From: an uncultured Alphaproteobacteria bacterium
GTDB taxonomy: Bacteria > Pseudomonadota > Alphaproteobacteria > ATCC43930 > CGMCC-115725
Length of the DNA stretch: 64,000 nt
Assembly: GCA_963847345.1 (NCBI GenBank)
Contig: CAWJZU010000008.1
Location: 3,470 to 67,469 of the forward strand
Direction of reading: 5' to 3'
A program made the position numbers and the translations under genes. Below are positions 10,961 to 19,780 of this stretch, in pieces (the stretch's first letter is position 1; the number at the start of each line of letters is the position of its first letter). The notes below the pieces were generated by a model. That model did not search any database, was not told where the DNA came from, and saw only the letters and a program-made list of their open reading frames with translations.

Positions 10961-12028
10961 TTACGAAGAGGGACCGGTCCAAACCGGCTTGTCGTCGGGA
11001 CCGACGATCTCCTTCCTCCACATCTGCTCCACCGCACCGGATACCGGTCCGGGCATGGGGACGTAGTGCAGCTCCTGCGCCATCTTGTCGCCGTTGCGAT
11101 AGGCCCAGTCGAAGAAGTCGAGCGCCTGCTTCGCTTTCTGCGGATCCTGTTGCTGCTTATGCATCAGGATGAAGGTGGCGCCGGTGATCGGCCAGGTATC
11201 GGCACCGGGCTGATTAGTCAGGACCACACCAAAACCCGGCGCGCTCTTCCAGTCGGCGCCAGCGGCGGCGGCTTGGAAGGACTTGATTTCCGGGGCCACG
11301 AACTTGCCGTCCCGATTCTTCATCTGGGTGTAATTCAGCTTGTTCTGCAGCGCATAGGCATATTCGACATAGCCGATCGCGCCGTCGGTGCGGCCCGTCA
11401 TCGCGGCGACGCCCTCATTGCCCTTGGCGCCAATCCCGCTCGGGAACTGAACAGAGGTGCCGGAGCCGACCTTCTGCTTGAACTGAGGATCGACCTTCGA
11501 CAGGTAGTCGGTGAACAGGAACGTCGTGCCCGAGCCATCCGAGCGGTACACCGGCGCGATCGCCTTGTCGGGCAGGTTTACGCCCGGATTGAGCTGCGCG
11601 ATCTTCGGGTCGTTCCACTTCGTGATATTGCCGACGTAGATCTCACCGAGCGTCTCGCCGTCGAGCTTGAGTTGGCCGGGCTGGATGCCCTGCAGATTAA
11701 CCACCGGGACGACGCCGCCCATCACCATCGGCCATTGCGCGAGCCCGTCCTTCTCCAGCTGATCGCCTTTCAGCGGCATGTCGCTGGCGCCGAAATCGAC
11801 GGTTTTCGAGGTGATCTGCTTGATGCCGCCGCCCGAGCCGATCGACTGGTAATTCATTGCATTACCGGTCTTCTGCTTGTAGGCGTCGGCCCATTTTGCG
11901 TAGATCGGATAGGGGAACGTCGCGCCTGCGCCGGAAATCTCGGCGGCGGAGGCGGCTCCCGATGCGGCGGCAACGGCCACTGCCGCCGCCAGCAGCGTTG
12001 AGCGAAAAAATGCCACAGCACACTCCAT
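10961..12028 (-). CDS. pstS: phosphate ABC transporter substrate-binding protein PstS
   Basis: Internal ATG at 12028 gives the signal peptide MECAVAFFRSTLLAAAVAVAAASGAASA, followed by AEISGAGATFPYPIYAKWA (PstS signature). Confidence 0.9.
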   Translation of the reverse strand: MECAVAFFRSTLLAAAVAVAAASGAASAAEISGAGATFPYPIYAKWADAYKQKTGNAMNYQSIGSGGGIKQITSKTVDFGASDMPLKGDQLEKDGLAQWPMVMGGVVPVVNLQGIQPGQLKLDGETLGEIYVGNITKWNDPKIAQLNPGVNLPDKAIAPVYRSDGSGTTFLFTDYLSKVDPQFKQKVGSGTSVQFPSGIGAKGNEGVAAMTGRTDGAIGYVEYAYALQNKLNYTQMKNRDGKFVAPEIKSFQAAAAGADWKSAPGFGVVLTNQPGADTWPITGATFILMHKQQQDPQKAKQALDFFDWAYRNGDKMAQELHYVPMPGPVSGAVEQMWRKEIVGPDDKPVWTGPSS

Positions 12029-12119
12029 TGTCGATTTGAGGAAAACGTGCGCTCCGGCAACGGCGCGTGGCCGCTCCCGGCGGTTGGCGCAATTTATAGA
12101 GACGGCGGACGACCGGAGA

Positions 12120-12148
12120 ATGACCAATATATTGCAAATTTATGACAA
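12120..12148 (-). promoter_or_regulatory. candidate Pho box (PhoB operator) upstream of pstS
   Basis: Minus strand reads TTGTCAT-AAAT-TTGCAAT-ATAT-TGGTCAT: three 7-mers at 11-bp phasing, 92-120 nt upstream of the pstS ATG. Resembles the CTGTCAT-N4-CTGTCAT Pho box. Confidence 0.55.
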
Positions 12149-12252
12149 AGAGCCTGGGCACTGAATGGCTGGCGCACCGTCGGCGGCCGGTCGTATCCTG
12201 CGCGTCGGATTGCTATTTCGAAATTGACCCGCGGCAGGGAAAGGAAACCGAC

Positions 12253-12798
12253 ATGGCCAGGCTACCGTCGATTACCAGCAAGGAGCAGGTGCCGGCGAAG
12301 GACCACGCGACTTTCGACAGCATCGTCGCGAGCCGCGGCGCGGTGCAGGGACCGTTCACGATGTTTTTGCACAGCCCCGAGGTCGCCGGGCGGGCCGCCC
12401 ATCTCGGCGCTTACGTCAGGTTTGAGGGCTCGCTCGACATGCGCGTGCGGGTGCTGGCGGCGATGACGGTCGCGCGCGAATTCGAGGCGATGTACGTCTG
12501 GGGGGCGCAGAGCGGCGGCGCCCGGCGGCTCGGCGTGCCGGAGACGACGATCACCGCGATCCGCGAAAACCATTCGCGAGGCATCCCGCCGGAAGACGCG
12601 CAGATCGTTGAGTTCACCCGGACCCTGCTGCGCAAGCATCGGGTCGACGACGCGACATTCAAGGCGATGCAGGAGCGGTTCGGGAATGACGAGCTGATCC
12701 AGCTGACAACCGCGATCGGCTATTACAGCCTCCTGTGCATGACCGTGAACACCTGCGAACTCGAAGCCGCTCCCGGCGCCGAAGTGCTGAAGGTGTAG
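12253..12798 (+). CDS. carboxymuconolactone decarboxylase (AhpD-like) family protein
   Basis: Internal ATG at 12253. MARLPSITSKEQVPAKDHATFDSIVASRGAVQGPFTMFLHSPEVAGR..., typical of the CMD family. Confidence 0.7.
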   Translation: MARLPSITSKEQVPAKDHATFDSIVASRGAVQGPFTMFLHSPEVAGRAAHLGAYVRFEGSLDMRVRVLAAMTVAREFEAMYVWGAQSGGARRLGVPETTITAIRENHSRGIPPEDAQIVEFTRTLLRKHRVDDATFKAMQERFGNDELIQLTTAIGYYSLLCMTVNTCELEAAPGAEVLKV

Positions 12799-13054
12799 GG
12801 ATCCAGGACTGCGGGTTCGCCGCCCGCACGATACAGCGATGCGGGCGGAACGCGTGCCGTCCGACGGGTCGGCGGCATGCGATGGTGGGGCATGGCACAG
12901 ACCGTCTGCATCCTCGACATCCGCCACCCCTCGTGGTCGGAGCGTCCGCCGTCCTCCGGATCGGTTAGGCCGGTGAACGGGGCAAGCTGCGTGATTCAAC
13001 ATCCGACCATGCCCTCTAGGGGCGGCCAACCCTCGCGTCGAGGTGGGGCCGTAT

Positions 13055-13378
13055 TCAGGCGTTCGCCGCGCCGCCGATCGGGGGCCTCCCGGCGATCCCC
13101 GGTACGGAGCGCCGCTTGGCGCCGTCGATCTCGATGTTGATCTCGAGCAGCGACGTGTCGCTGGCCTTGCCGAGGTTCTTGCCCAAATTGACGCGAATCA
13201 TGTCGTCGCGAATCTCGACATAGCGCGCGACAACGTCGATCAGCTCTTTCTGCAGTTTCGGCAGAAAGTCCGGCGCGTCGCGGCCGGCGCGCTCATGCGC
13301 CAGCACGATCTTGAGCCGCTCCTTGGCAACCGATGCAGAATTCCGGTGCGGCGAGAACAGGTTCTTGAACAGGTTCAT
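13055..13378 (-). CDS. minE: cell division topological specificity factor MinE
   Basis: MNLFKNLFSPHRNSASVAKERLKIVLAHERA... ATGA overlap with the minD stop. Confidence 0.9.
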   Translation of the reverse strand: MNLFKNLFSPHRNSASVAKERLKIVLAHERAGRDAPDFLPKLQKELIDVVARYVEIRDDMIRVNLGKNLGKASDTSLLEINIEIDGAKRRSVPGIAGRPPIGGAANA

Positions 13379-14190
13379 CAGGCTCTGCCGAACAACAGCC
13401 GGAAGAAATTGCGACGTTCGGGCTTGACGAAGCGCATCTCCCGCGTTTCGCCAAGGAACCGCGCAACCGCGTCGAGATAGGCCCGGCCCGCGGGGCTCTC
13501 CGGATCGAACGTCACCGGGGTCCCGGTATTCGAGGCGCGCAGCACCGATTCCGATTCGGGGATGACGCCGAGCAGCGGGATCGACAGGATTTCCTGCACG
13601 TCCTCGACCGTCATCATCTCGCCGCGCGAGACGCGCCCCGAATCGTAGCGGGTCAGCAGCAGATTGACCTCGACCGGCGCTTCGTTGCGCTCGGCGCGGC
13701 GCGAGCGCGACGCCAGAATGCCGATGATGCGGTCGCTATCGCGCACCGAGGAGACTTCCGGGTTGGTAACGATGATCGCCGTGTCGGCGAAATAGAGCGC
13801 GGTGATCGCGCCGTGTTCGATGCCCGCCGGGCTGTCGCAGACGATGTAATCGAACTGCTGCTTCAGCTCTTCAAGCACGCGTTCGACGCCCTGGCGCTTC
13901 AGCGCATCCTTGTCGCGAGTCTGTGAGGTCGGAAAGATGTAGAGGTTGTCGTTGCGCTTGTCCTTGATCAGCGCCTGGTTGAGGTTGGCATCGCCGTTTA
14001 TGACGTTGATGAAATCGAAAACGACGCGCCGCTCGCAACCCATGATCAGGTCAAGGTTTCGCAGGCCGACGTCGAAATCGATCACGACGGTGCGGTGTCC
14101 GCGCAACGCCAAGCCCGCCGCGAAGGCGGCGGCGCTCGTAGTTTTGCCGACCCCACCCTTGCCCGATGTAATTACCACGACTTTCGCCAA
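13378..14190 (-). CDS. minD: septum site-determining ATPase MinD
   Basis: TTG at 14190 preceded by GGAGAGGG. (M)AKVVVITSGKGGVGKTT deviant Walker A. The track start at 14208 is probably too long. Confidence 0.92.
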   Translation of the reverse strand: MAKVVVITSGKGGVGKTTSAAAFAAGLALRGHRTVVIDFDVGLRNLDLIMGCERRVVFDFINVINGDANLNQALIKDKRNDNLYIFPTSQTRDKDALKRQGVERVLEELKQQFDYIVCDSPAGIEHGAITALYFADTAIIVTNPEVSSVRDSDRIIGILASRSRRAERNEAPVEVNLLLTRYDSGRVSRGEMMTVEDVQEILSIPLLGVIPESESVLRASNTGTPVTFDPESPAGRAYLDAVARFLGETREMRFVKPERRNFFRLLFGRA

Positions 14191-14316
14191 GGTCCCTCTC
14201 CTGCCCAAGCTCTCGCCCGGAGGCCGGCCGGCGCTGGCCCTATATTTTCCGGTGCAATCGGAGCAGCGTGCAAATGCTATTACGTATTATGTACACTTGA
14301 AGTCACAGTCCGCCCG

Positions 14317-15063
14317 CTAGCTTCGGGTGATTGTCAGCATGTCGTCAACCAGCGCGATCTGGGCCGCGCCGCCCTGATGTTCCGGTGGCAGTTGTTCGCT
14401 GACCAGATAGCGCCCGGCGATACTGACCAGCTCGGCTTCTAGCCGGGCGCAGAAGATCCGCGCCGTTGTATCGCCCGCGGCGCCGGCCAGAGCCCGGCCA
14501 CGCAGCCGGCCATACACATGTATGTTCCCGTCCGCCATCAACTCGGCGCCGGCGCTGACCGGGGCCGTGACGATCAGATCGCCGCCACGGGCGTAGATCT
14601 GGGTGCCGGAGCGGACCGGCTCGGTGACGATCCTGGTGGCTGCTCGCACCGGTGGCGGGGCGCGCGCCGGCGACGAGGCGGGCGTTGCGTCGCCAGTCGG
14701 CGCGAGCGAATCGGGCGAGACGCGGGTCGGGCGGCGAATTGGGGTCGTCGCGCTCGGCGCGAAGCTCGCGAGCCCGGCGGCGGCGGCGGCCGCAAGTTGC
14801 ACCGGCTCGGCATTCTGCACGCCGACCAGTGCCAGCGTGTGCTCGCCCAACAGATCACGGGCCTCGGCGAAATCGGCGGTCTCGATAAACCCGCCAGCGC
14901 CCTTCAGATCGAGGACGACCGGCGCGTTCAGGAAGAACCGCGGGCTGCGCTCGACCTGAACGGCGAGTTCCCGGCCAAACTCGGGATCGCGCAACACGCC
15001 GGCGCGTACGACCATCACCGTGAAGAGAGCGCCTTGAACGAGAGTGCCCGCTGCCATCCGCAA
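14317..15063 (-). CDS. minC: septum site-determining protein MinC
   Basis: 248 aa. N-terminal domain, Ala/Pro-rich linker, and C-terminal beta-helix motif (GGDLIVTAPVSAGAELMADGNIHVYG). Lies upstream of minDE. Confidence 0.85.
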   Translation of the reverse strand: MRMAAGTLVQGALFTVMVVRAGVLRDPEFGRELAVQVERSPRFFLNAPVVLDLKGAGGFIETADFAEARDLLGEHTLALVGVQNAEPVQLAAAAAAGLASFAPSATTPIRRPTRVSPDSLAPTGDATPASSPARAPPPVRAATRIVTEPVRSGTQIYARGGDLIVTAPVSAGAELMADGNIHVYGRLRGRALAGAAGDTTARIFCARLEAELVSIAGRYLVSEQLPPEHQGGAAQIALVDDMLTITRS

Positions 15064-15152
15064 TCCGGCCCCTCAAAAAGTGCCCGACGGAAACCGGGTA
15101 GCCGCAAATCGCTGCCGCCGCAACACTCTTGCGACCGCTTGCAACTCGGGCG

Positions 15153-16271
15153 TCAGCGCGCGGCGTCCATGACCAGCCGCATGAAGCCGTCGCGCGCCGC
15201 CGGGTCGATCCAGCGCAAGACCGCGACGAGGTCGTTGTCGGGATCGATCCAGGTCAGGTTGCCGCCGGCGCCGGACGCGAAATAGCTCGCTTCCGACGCG
15301 CTCGGATACAGCGCCCGGCTGGTGTTGAGCCACCACAGATAGCCGTATTGCGGGTAGAGCGGGCATGGGGCGCGCATCTTGGAAATCCATTCCTCGGACA
15401 GAATTCGCCGCCCGTTCCAGACGCCGCCGCGCAGCAGCATGAGGCCGATCCGCGCCTGGTCCCGCGCGTGGATAAACACGCCGCCGCCCCAATGCGAGCC
15501 TCCCGACACTGACTGCATGCGCCTGCCGTCGACCTCGATATAAGAGTTGCGGTAGCCGTGCCATTCCCAGGTCCCGGAGGCGCCGATCGGGTCCATCACC
15601 AGTTCGCGAAACACCTCCGGCAGCGGCCGGCGCCAGAGGCGCAGCAGCGCCAGCGCCAGGCGGTTGACGCGCACGTCGTTGTATTCCCAGAACGCACCCG
15701 GCGCCTGCAGCTCACGATGCGTGCCCTTCCGGCCCGCGGCGGGGCGTCCGCCGACGCTGCGGTGGCGGTCGATCAGGTCCGGCTTGCTCCACAGATCGCC
15801 CTCCCATTCCGAGGTCTGCTGCAGCAGATGATGCCAAGTGATCCGGTGATTGTGCGGCGGCGCGAATCCGGCGTCATCGCCCCAATCCACATCAGGGGTG
15901 CGGCACACCGGCTCGTGCACGTCGCGGATTAGGCCGCGGTCGAAGGCCAGCCCGGCCAGGATCGACAGATAGCTCTTGGCGACGCTGAAGGTGAGATCGA
16001 CCTGCGCCGTGTCGCCCCACTCGGCGACAATCCGCCCGCCGCGCAGCAGCAGGCCGTTCGGGGCGCCGCGCGGACGCACCGGGCCCAGCGTCTCGTTCCA
16101 CGGCGGCGCCTCCCCGAAATCGCTTGCGACCATCCGCGCCAAATCGCGGCTCCACGGCGTCTCGTGCGCGGCCGCATGGCGCGCCGCGGCGTCAATCCCG
16201 GAAGCACCGAGACCGGCCTCCTCGGGGCTGCGGCGCTGCCATTCGGGGTGCGGCGGCGGGAAATAGGTCAT
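15153..16271 (-). CDS. serine hydrolase, beta-lactamase/transpeptidase-like family
   Basis: S-x-x-K motif (FSVAKSYL). Start taken at the ATG at 16271 (MTYFPPPHPEW); the track alternative is 16325. Confidence 0.7.
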   Translation of the reverse strand: MTYFPPPHPEWQRRSPEEAGLGASGIDAAARHAAAHETPWSRDLARMVASDFGEAPPWNETLGPVRPRGAPNGLLLRGGRIVAEWGDTAQVDLTFSVAKSYLSILAGLAFDRGLIRDVHEPVCRTPDVDWGDDAGFAPPHNHRITWHHLLQQTSEWEGDLWSKPDLIDRHRSVGGRPAAGRKGTHRELQAPGAFWEYNDVRVNRLALALLRLWRRPLPEVFRELVMDPIGASGTWEWHGYRNSYIEVDGRRMQSVSGGSHWGGGVFIHARDQARIGLMLLRGGVWNGRRILSEEWISKMRAPCPLYPQYGYLWWLNTSRALYPSASEASYFASGAGGNLTWIDPDNDLVAVLRWIDPAARDGFMRLVMDAAR

Positions 16272-16431
16272 GTTTCGGTTCCGGCCATTTAAGGAAGCAA
16301 GGTTGATTTTCGGCGAATCGGTCACGATTTCCGAAGAGAGAGCGCGGAGCAGAATACGATAGTCCGCGCAATCCGGCGTGGCTTCGGTTAAAATCGCGGC
16401 CGCTTAACCTTTTGAGCTTCCGGGGTTCCAC

Positions 16432-16692
16432 ATGGGTTCGATGAGTTTGATGCATTGGGTGATCGTTCTGGCGATCGTCCTGGTCCTATTCGGTGCCGGC
16501 AAGCTGCCCCGGATGATGGGGGATTTCGCGAAAGGTATTAAGGCCTTTAAAGCCGGCATGAAGGAAGAAGAGGAGCCGACCGAGCAACCGGCACACCAGC
16601 AGGTTACGCCGCCGGCCGGTACGGCGACCTCGGCCGCGGCCGCCGCAGGGTCGGCGAGCGCTTTCGGCAACGGCCGCGACCAGCGCGTCTGA
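16432..16692 (+). CDS. tatA: twin-arginine translocase TatA/TatE family subunit
   Basis: [47 protein letters not shown]: TM helix plus amphipathic helix with the FG hinge. No tatB or tatC follows. Confidence 0.85.
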   Translation: MGSMSLMHWVIVLAIVLVLFGAGKLPRMMGDFAKGIKAFKAGMKEEEEPTEQPAHQQVTPPAGTATSAAAAAGSASAFGNGRDQRV

Positions 16693-16747
16693 CGCCAAGA
16701 AACCAAAGGGATCTCGCGGAGCGCGTCCGAGCGGCGGCAGATCGCGT

Positions 16748-17140
16748 ATGACGCGTTGCGGCCGCTCCCAAACGTTCGCCGAGATCCGCCATGATCCCCG
16801 GAAGGGCCGTGGCGTTTACGCGAGCGCTGCAATCGGCGCCGGGCTCCTGATCGAGGCGGCGCCGGTCATCGTCGTGCCGGCCGATCAACGCGGGCTGATC
16901 GATAGTTCGGTACTGCATGATTACTATTTCGTATGGGATGACGGTGCTGTCGGACAGGCACGCATCGCGGTCGCGCTCGGTCTGGTTTCGCTGTGCAACC
17001 ACTCGCGCCAGCCCAACGCTCGCGTGCGGTCGAACCTCGCGCACGAGACGCTCGATCTCATGGCAATGACGCCGATCGCGGCGGGACGCGAGATCACAAT
17101 CGACTATAATTGCCCGCTGTGGTTCGCGCCGGACGATTAA
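16748..17140 (+). CDS. SET domain-containing protein (putative protein-lysine methyltransferase)
   Basis: 130 aa. GRGVYASAAIGAGLLIE, NHSRQPN (NHSCxPN-like) and GREITIDY (ELxxDY-like) SET motifs. Confidence 0.75.
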   Translation: MTRCGRSQTFAEIRHDPRKGRGVYASAAIGAGLLIEAAPVIVVPADQRGLIDSSVLHDYYFVWDDGAVGQARIAVALGLVSLCNHSRQPNARVRSNLAHETLDLMAMTPIAAGREITIDYNCPLWFAPDD

Positions 17141-17243
17141 CTTGATCTGCACCGCTGGTTGAGCTCACCGTGTATCTGGCGGGAGGAACACACTATTTCT
17201 GGAGATCACGTCGGCGCCCACGGTAATCCGGAGCGCGCCACGA

Positions 17244-17504
17244 TTGACTACCTTCGCGGAGAAGTTGATCAGCTCCATCGATGGCGGCCGCAAGGTGGGC
17301 ACCGGTGCGCCGCGCATGCCGGACGCGATGCTCCGATTGTCCAAGGATCCCGCAGCCGATGAATTGGGCCGGCGCATCATTCCCGGTACTCAGCGCAGGA
17401 AGCCAGCTACGGCCCTGCTACAGTGGCGCTACGAACCGATCGTCTGTCCCGGCTCCGGCGGTCCCTTCAGCTCGACGGTGTTTCCGTCCGGATCGGTGAT
17501 GTAG
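17244..17504 (+). CDS. possible small hypothetical protein (very uncertain)
   Basis: TTG-initiated 86-codon ORF in the SET/VOC spacer. The first ~60 codons have G/C-rich third positions, and GGAGCG lies ~10 nt upstream. The 3' end overlaps the convergent VOC gene. Confidence 0.2.
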   Translation: MTTFAEKLISSIDGGRKVGTGAPRMPDAMLRLSKDPAADELGRRIIPGTQRRKPATALLQWRYEPIVCPGSGGPFSSTVFPSGSVM

Positions 17505-17878
17505 ATCGACGAGCCATACCCCTCCGCGCCGTAGCGGCGCCTAACCTCGCCCGGATCGACGCCGTGGCGGCGCAGATGCGCGCTGAGCGCCTCGACGTCC
17601 ATGCTCTCGATTTGGACCGCGTAATGGTCCATGTTGCGGCCGGCTACGTCGCCTTCCTTTTGCGGCACGAGGTCGATCATCGCGCTGCCGGCGCGCAGCT
17701 GAACGAGGCCGATTTCTGGTAGGCGGCGCTCGACATGCAGGCATAGCACCCGTTCGTAAAACGCGATGGCGCGTTCCATGTCCGAGACGCGCAGCACGAC
17801 ATGGTCGAGCCCTTTGACGCGCAACGGCGCTTTCCCGTCCGATGCGGTCCTGTTGGCGAGAGCGGCATCGTCGGGCAT
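17429..17878 (-). CDS. VOC (glyoxalase/bleomycin-resistance/dioxygenase) family protein
   Basis: LRVKGLDHVVLRVSDMERAIAFYERVL...HYAVQIES...ITDPDGNTVEL, typical of a VOC fold. Confidence 0.8.
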   Translation of the reverse strand: MPDDAALANRTASDGKAPLRVKGLDHVVLRVSDMERAIAFYERVLCLHVERRLPEIGLVQLRAGSAMIDLVPQKEGDVAGRNMDHYAVQIESMDVEALSAHLRRHGVDPGEVRRRYGAEGYGSSIYITDPDGNTVELKGPPEPGQTIGS

Positions 17879-17917
17879 GGCTTGCTCCTTCGCTGGAACC
17901 GGCTCCGTTCGGCCGGC

Positions 17918-18154
17918 TTATTCCTCAGACGATTTCTTCCGACCCGCGGCCTTGCGCTCGTCGGCGCTCAGCACGCCGTCATGGTTTTTGTCGAGCTTGT
18001 CGAACCGCTTGGCGGCGCGCTGCTTCGCCTGCTCGACATAATCCTCTTTTGTGATCCCGCCACTCGACGCCGCCCCTTTGGGCCCCGCGCTTTGCGCCCC
18101 GGCGGCAGCCGGCAACAGCAGGGCGACAAGACCCAGGACGACGGCTACGCGCAT
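17918..18154 (-). CDS. small secreted EF-hand protein
   Basis: Signal peptide MRVAVVLGLVALLLPAAAGA plus an EF-hand loop DKNHDGVLSADE. Confidence 0.7.
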   Translation of the reverse strand: MRVAVVLGLVALLLPAAAGAQSAGPKGAASSGGITKEDYVEQAKQRAAKRFDKLDKNHDGVLSADERKAAGRKKSSEE

Positions 18155-18245
18155 GGTCGGGACCTCCGGATCGTTTCAGCGTAGCGGAGCACTCTCCGCC
18201 CGGCAATGCCGGCGCGCTCCCGGTCCAGCCCTGTCGCCGCAGCCG

Positions 18246-19214
18246 TCACTCGGGGACCCAGCAGAGGGCGCGGATCTCGGTGAATTCGCGGCGCAGTTTG
18301 CGCCAGGAATCGCCGGCGTTCTCGCTCGCATACACCTCGCCATAATGGCTGCAGGCGAGAATCAGCCGGGGATCGGCCGCATGCGTCGCGAAGGCCCAGA
18401 TCGGCGAGTTTGGCTCGACCGGCAACATCCGTCTCTCCCAGGACCGTCCGCCGTCGCGCGAGCACTCGATCGCGCCGGTGCTGCCGACCGCGGCGTCGCC
18501 GGTCGCGACGAACAGCGTCTCCGGATCGTCGGCCTTTTGCGCGAGGCCGCGGCAGTAGCGCAGTTCGAACTGGTCGCGTACGCTCAGACCGCGCCAGCTC
18601 TCGCCGCGATCGCCGCTCGCGAAGATCTCGCCCGGCGTGCTGGTCAAGACGGTCGTGCCGCCGTTCACGGTCACGGCAATGTCATGGATATCGGGGTCGT
18701 AAACGCCGTTCGTGATCCGGCTCCAGCTGTCGCCGCCATCGGTGCTGCGGCGCACGCCGTCGACCTCGATACCGGCCCACACGACGCGGGGGTCGGACGG
18801 ATCGACGGTCAGCGCGGTGACACGCGGGATACCGACATTCGGGCATTCCTCGACGATGTCGGCCGGCAGTTTCCGCCAGCTTTGGCCGCCGTCGGTCGAG
18901 CGGTACAGCGCCGCCGGCCGGGTCCCGGCGAAGACGATATCGGGATCGGTCGGGTCGATCGCGATCTTCCAGACCTCGCAATTTATCGACGAGTTGAGCC
19001 GGGTGAAGCTCTGCCCGCCGTCGCGGCTCTTGTAGATCCCGTCCTCGGCGCCGGCGAACACGGTACGCGGCTCGGCCGGGTGCACCGTCAGCCCATAAAC
19101 GCGGCTTTCGCCGGTGAGACCGTCGCGCACCCGTTGCCAGCTGTCGCCACCATCCGGGCTGCGCCAGAGACCGCTGCCGATCGTGCCGACGCAGATCGTG
19201 TAATTGTCTGCCAT
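18246..19214 (-). CDS. BNR/Asp-box repeat (sialidase-like beta-propeller, Ycf48-like) protein
   Basis: Start at ATG 19214 (MADNYTICVGT). Repeated S-x-D-x-G-x-S-W boxes (SPDGGDSW, SRDGGQSF, STDGGQSW, STDGGDSW, SGDRGESW, SRDGGRSW). Confidence 0.8.
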   Translation of the reverse strand: MADNYTICVGTIGSGLWRSPDGGDSWQRVRDGLTGESRVYGLTVHPAEPRTVFAGAEDGIYKSRDGGQSFTRLNSSINCEVWKIAIDPTDPDIVFAGTRPAALYRSTDGGQSWRKLPADIVEECPNVGIPRVTALTVDPSDPRVVWAGIEVDGVRRSTDGGDSWSRITNGVYDPDIHDIAVTVNGGTTVLTSTPGEIFASGDRGESWRGLSVRDQFELRYCRGLAQKADDPETLFVATGDAAVGSTGAIECSRDGGRSWERRMLPVEPNSPIWAFATHAADPRLILACSHYGEVYASENAGDSWRKLRREFTEIRALCWVPE

Positions 19215-19244
19215 GACGCTTTCCTTCCCGTCACTATTCAATAC

Positions 19245-19275
19245 GTCATCCCGGCGCAGGCCGGCATCCACCCGT
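19245..19275. repeat. solitary half-copy of the GTCATCCCGGCG-type REP element
   Basis: acgtcatcccggcgcaggccggcatccacc lies just upstream of the BNR gene start. Same core as the full palindrome at 37483-37552. Confidence 0.5.
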
Positions 19276-19319
19276 CACCGTACGAGTTGCTGATCGGCGG
19301 GGTCCGGGCCGGACCTCGT

Positions 19320-19733
19320 TCACGCCTCGTGCGTGCCTTCCCAGCCGGTGTGCGAGACGTCGATCACGACGCCGTCGGGGCCGGACCATTTCTGCTCGAA
19401 ATTGGCGTGAACCCCGTCGCGCAACTCGGCGTCGCTAACGTCCTTCCTGGTCAACCGCTGGCCGTGCGCCGCCTCGAGCCGGCGGCCGGCCTCGCCCAGA
19501 TCATCGACCTCGAAGCCGAGATGATGGATGCCGGTGAAGTGCGGGCCGTGCGCGCCCATGTCCGGCGCCGCCTCGCCTTTGGTTTTGAGGACCGCGACAT
19601 GGATGTAGCCGTCAGTCAGGAACACGTTCCCGTTGTTGCGCCGCAATTCCTTGAGGCCGAACGCCGCTTTGTAGAATTCGGCGACGTTGGCCGGCTCCTT
19701 GGTGGTCAGCGCGATATGCTTGATGCGGGCCAT
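19320..19733 (-). CDS. VOC family protein (tandem paralogue 1)
   Basis: ATG at 19733. MARIKHIALTTKEPANVAEFYKAAFGLKELRR...GIHHLGFEVDDL...WSGPDGVVIDVSHTGWEGTHEA. Confidence 0.8.
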   Translation of the reverse strand: MARIKHIALTTKEPANVAEFYKAAFGLKELRRNNGNVFLTDGYIHVAVLKTKGEAAPDMGAHGPHFTGIHHLGFEVDDLGEAGRRLEAAHGQRLTRKDVSDAELRDGVHANFEQKWSGPDGVVIDVSHTGWEGTHEA

Positions 19734-19780
19734 ATCGGTCCTCCCTGTTGGCGTTTCGTACGCGCGGTCCGGCGGACGGC

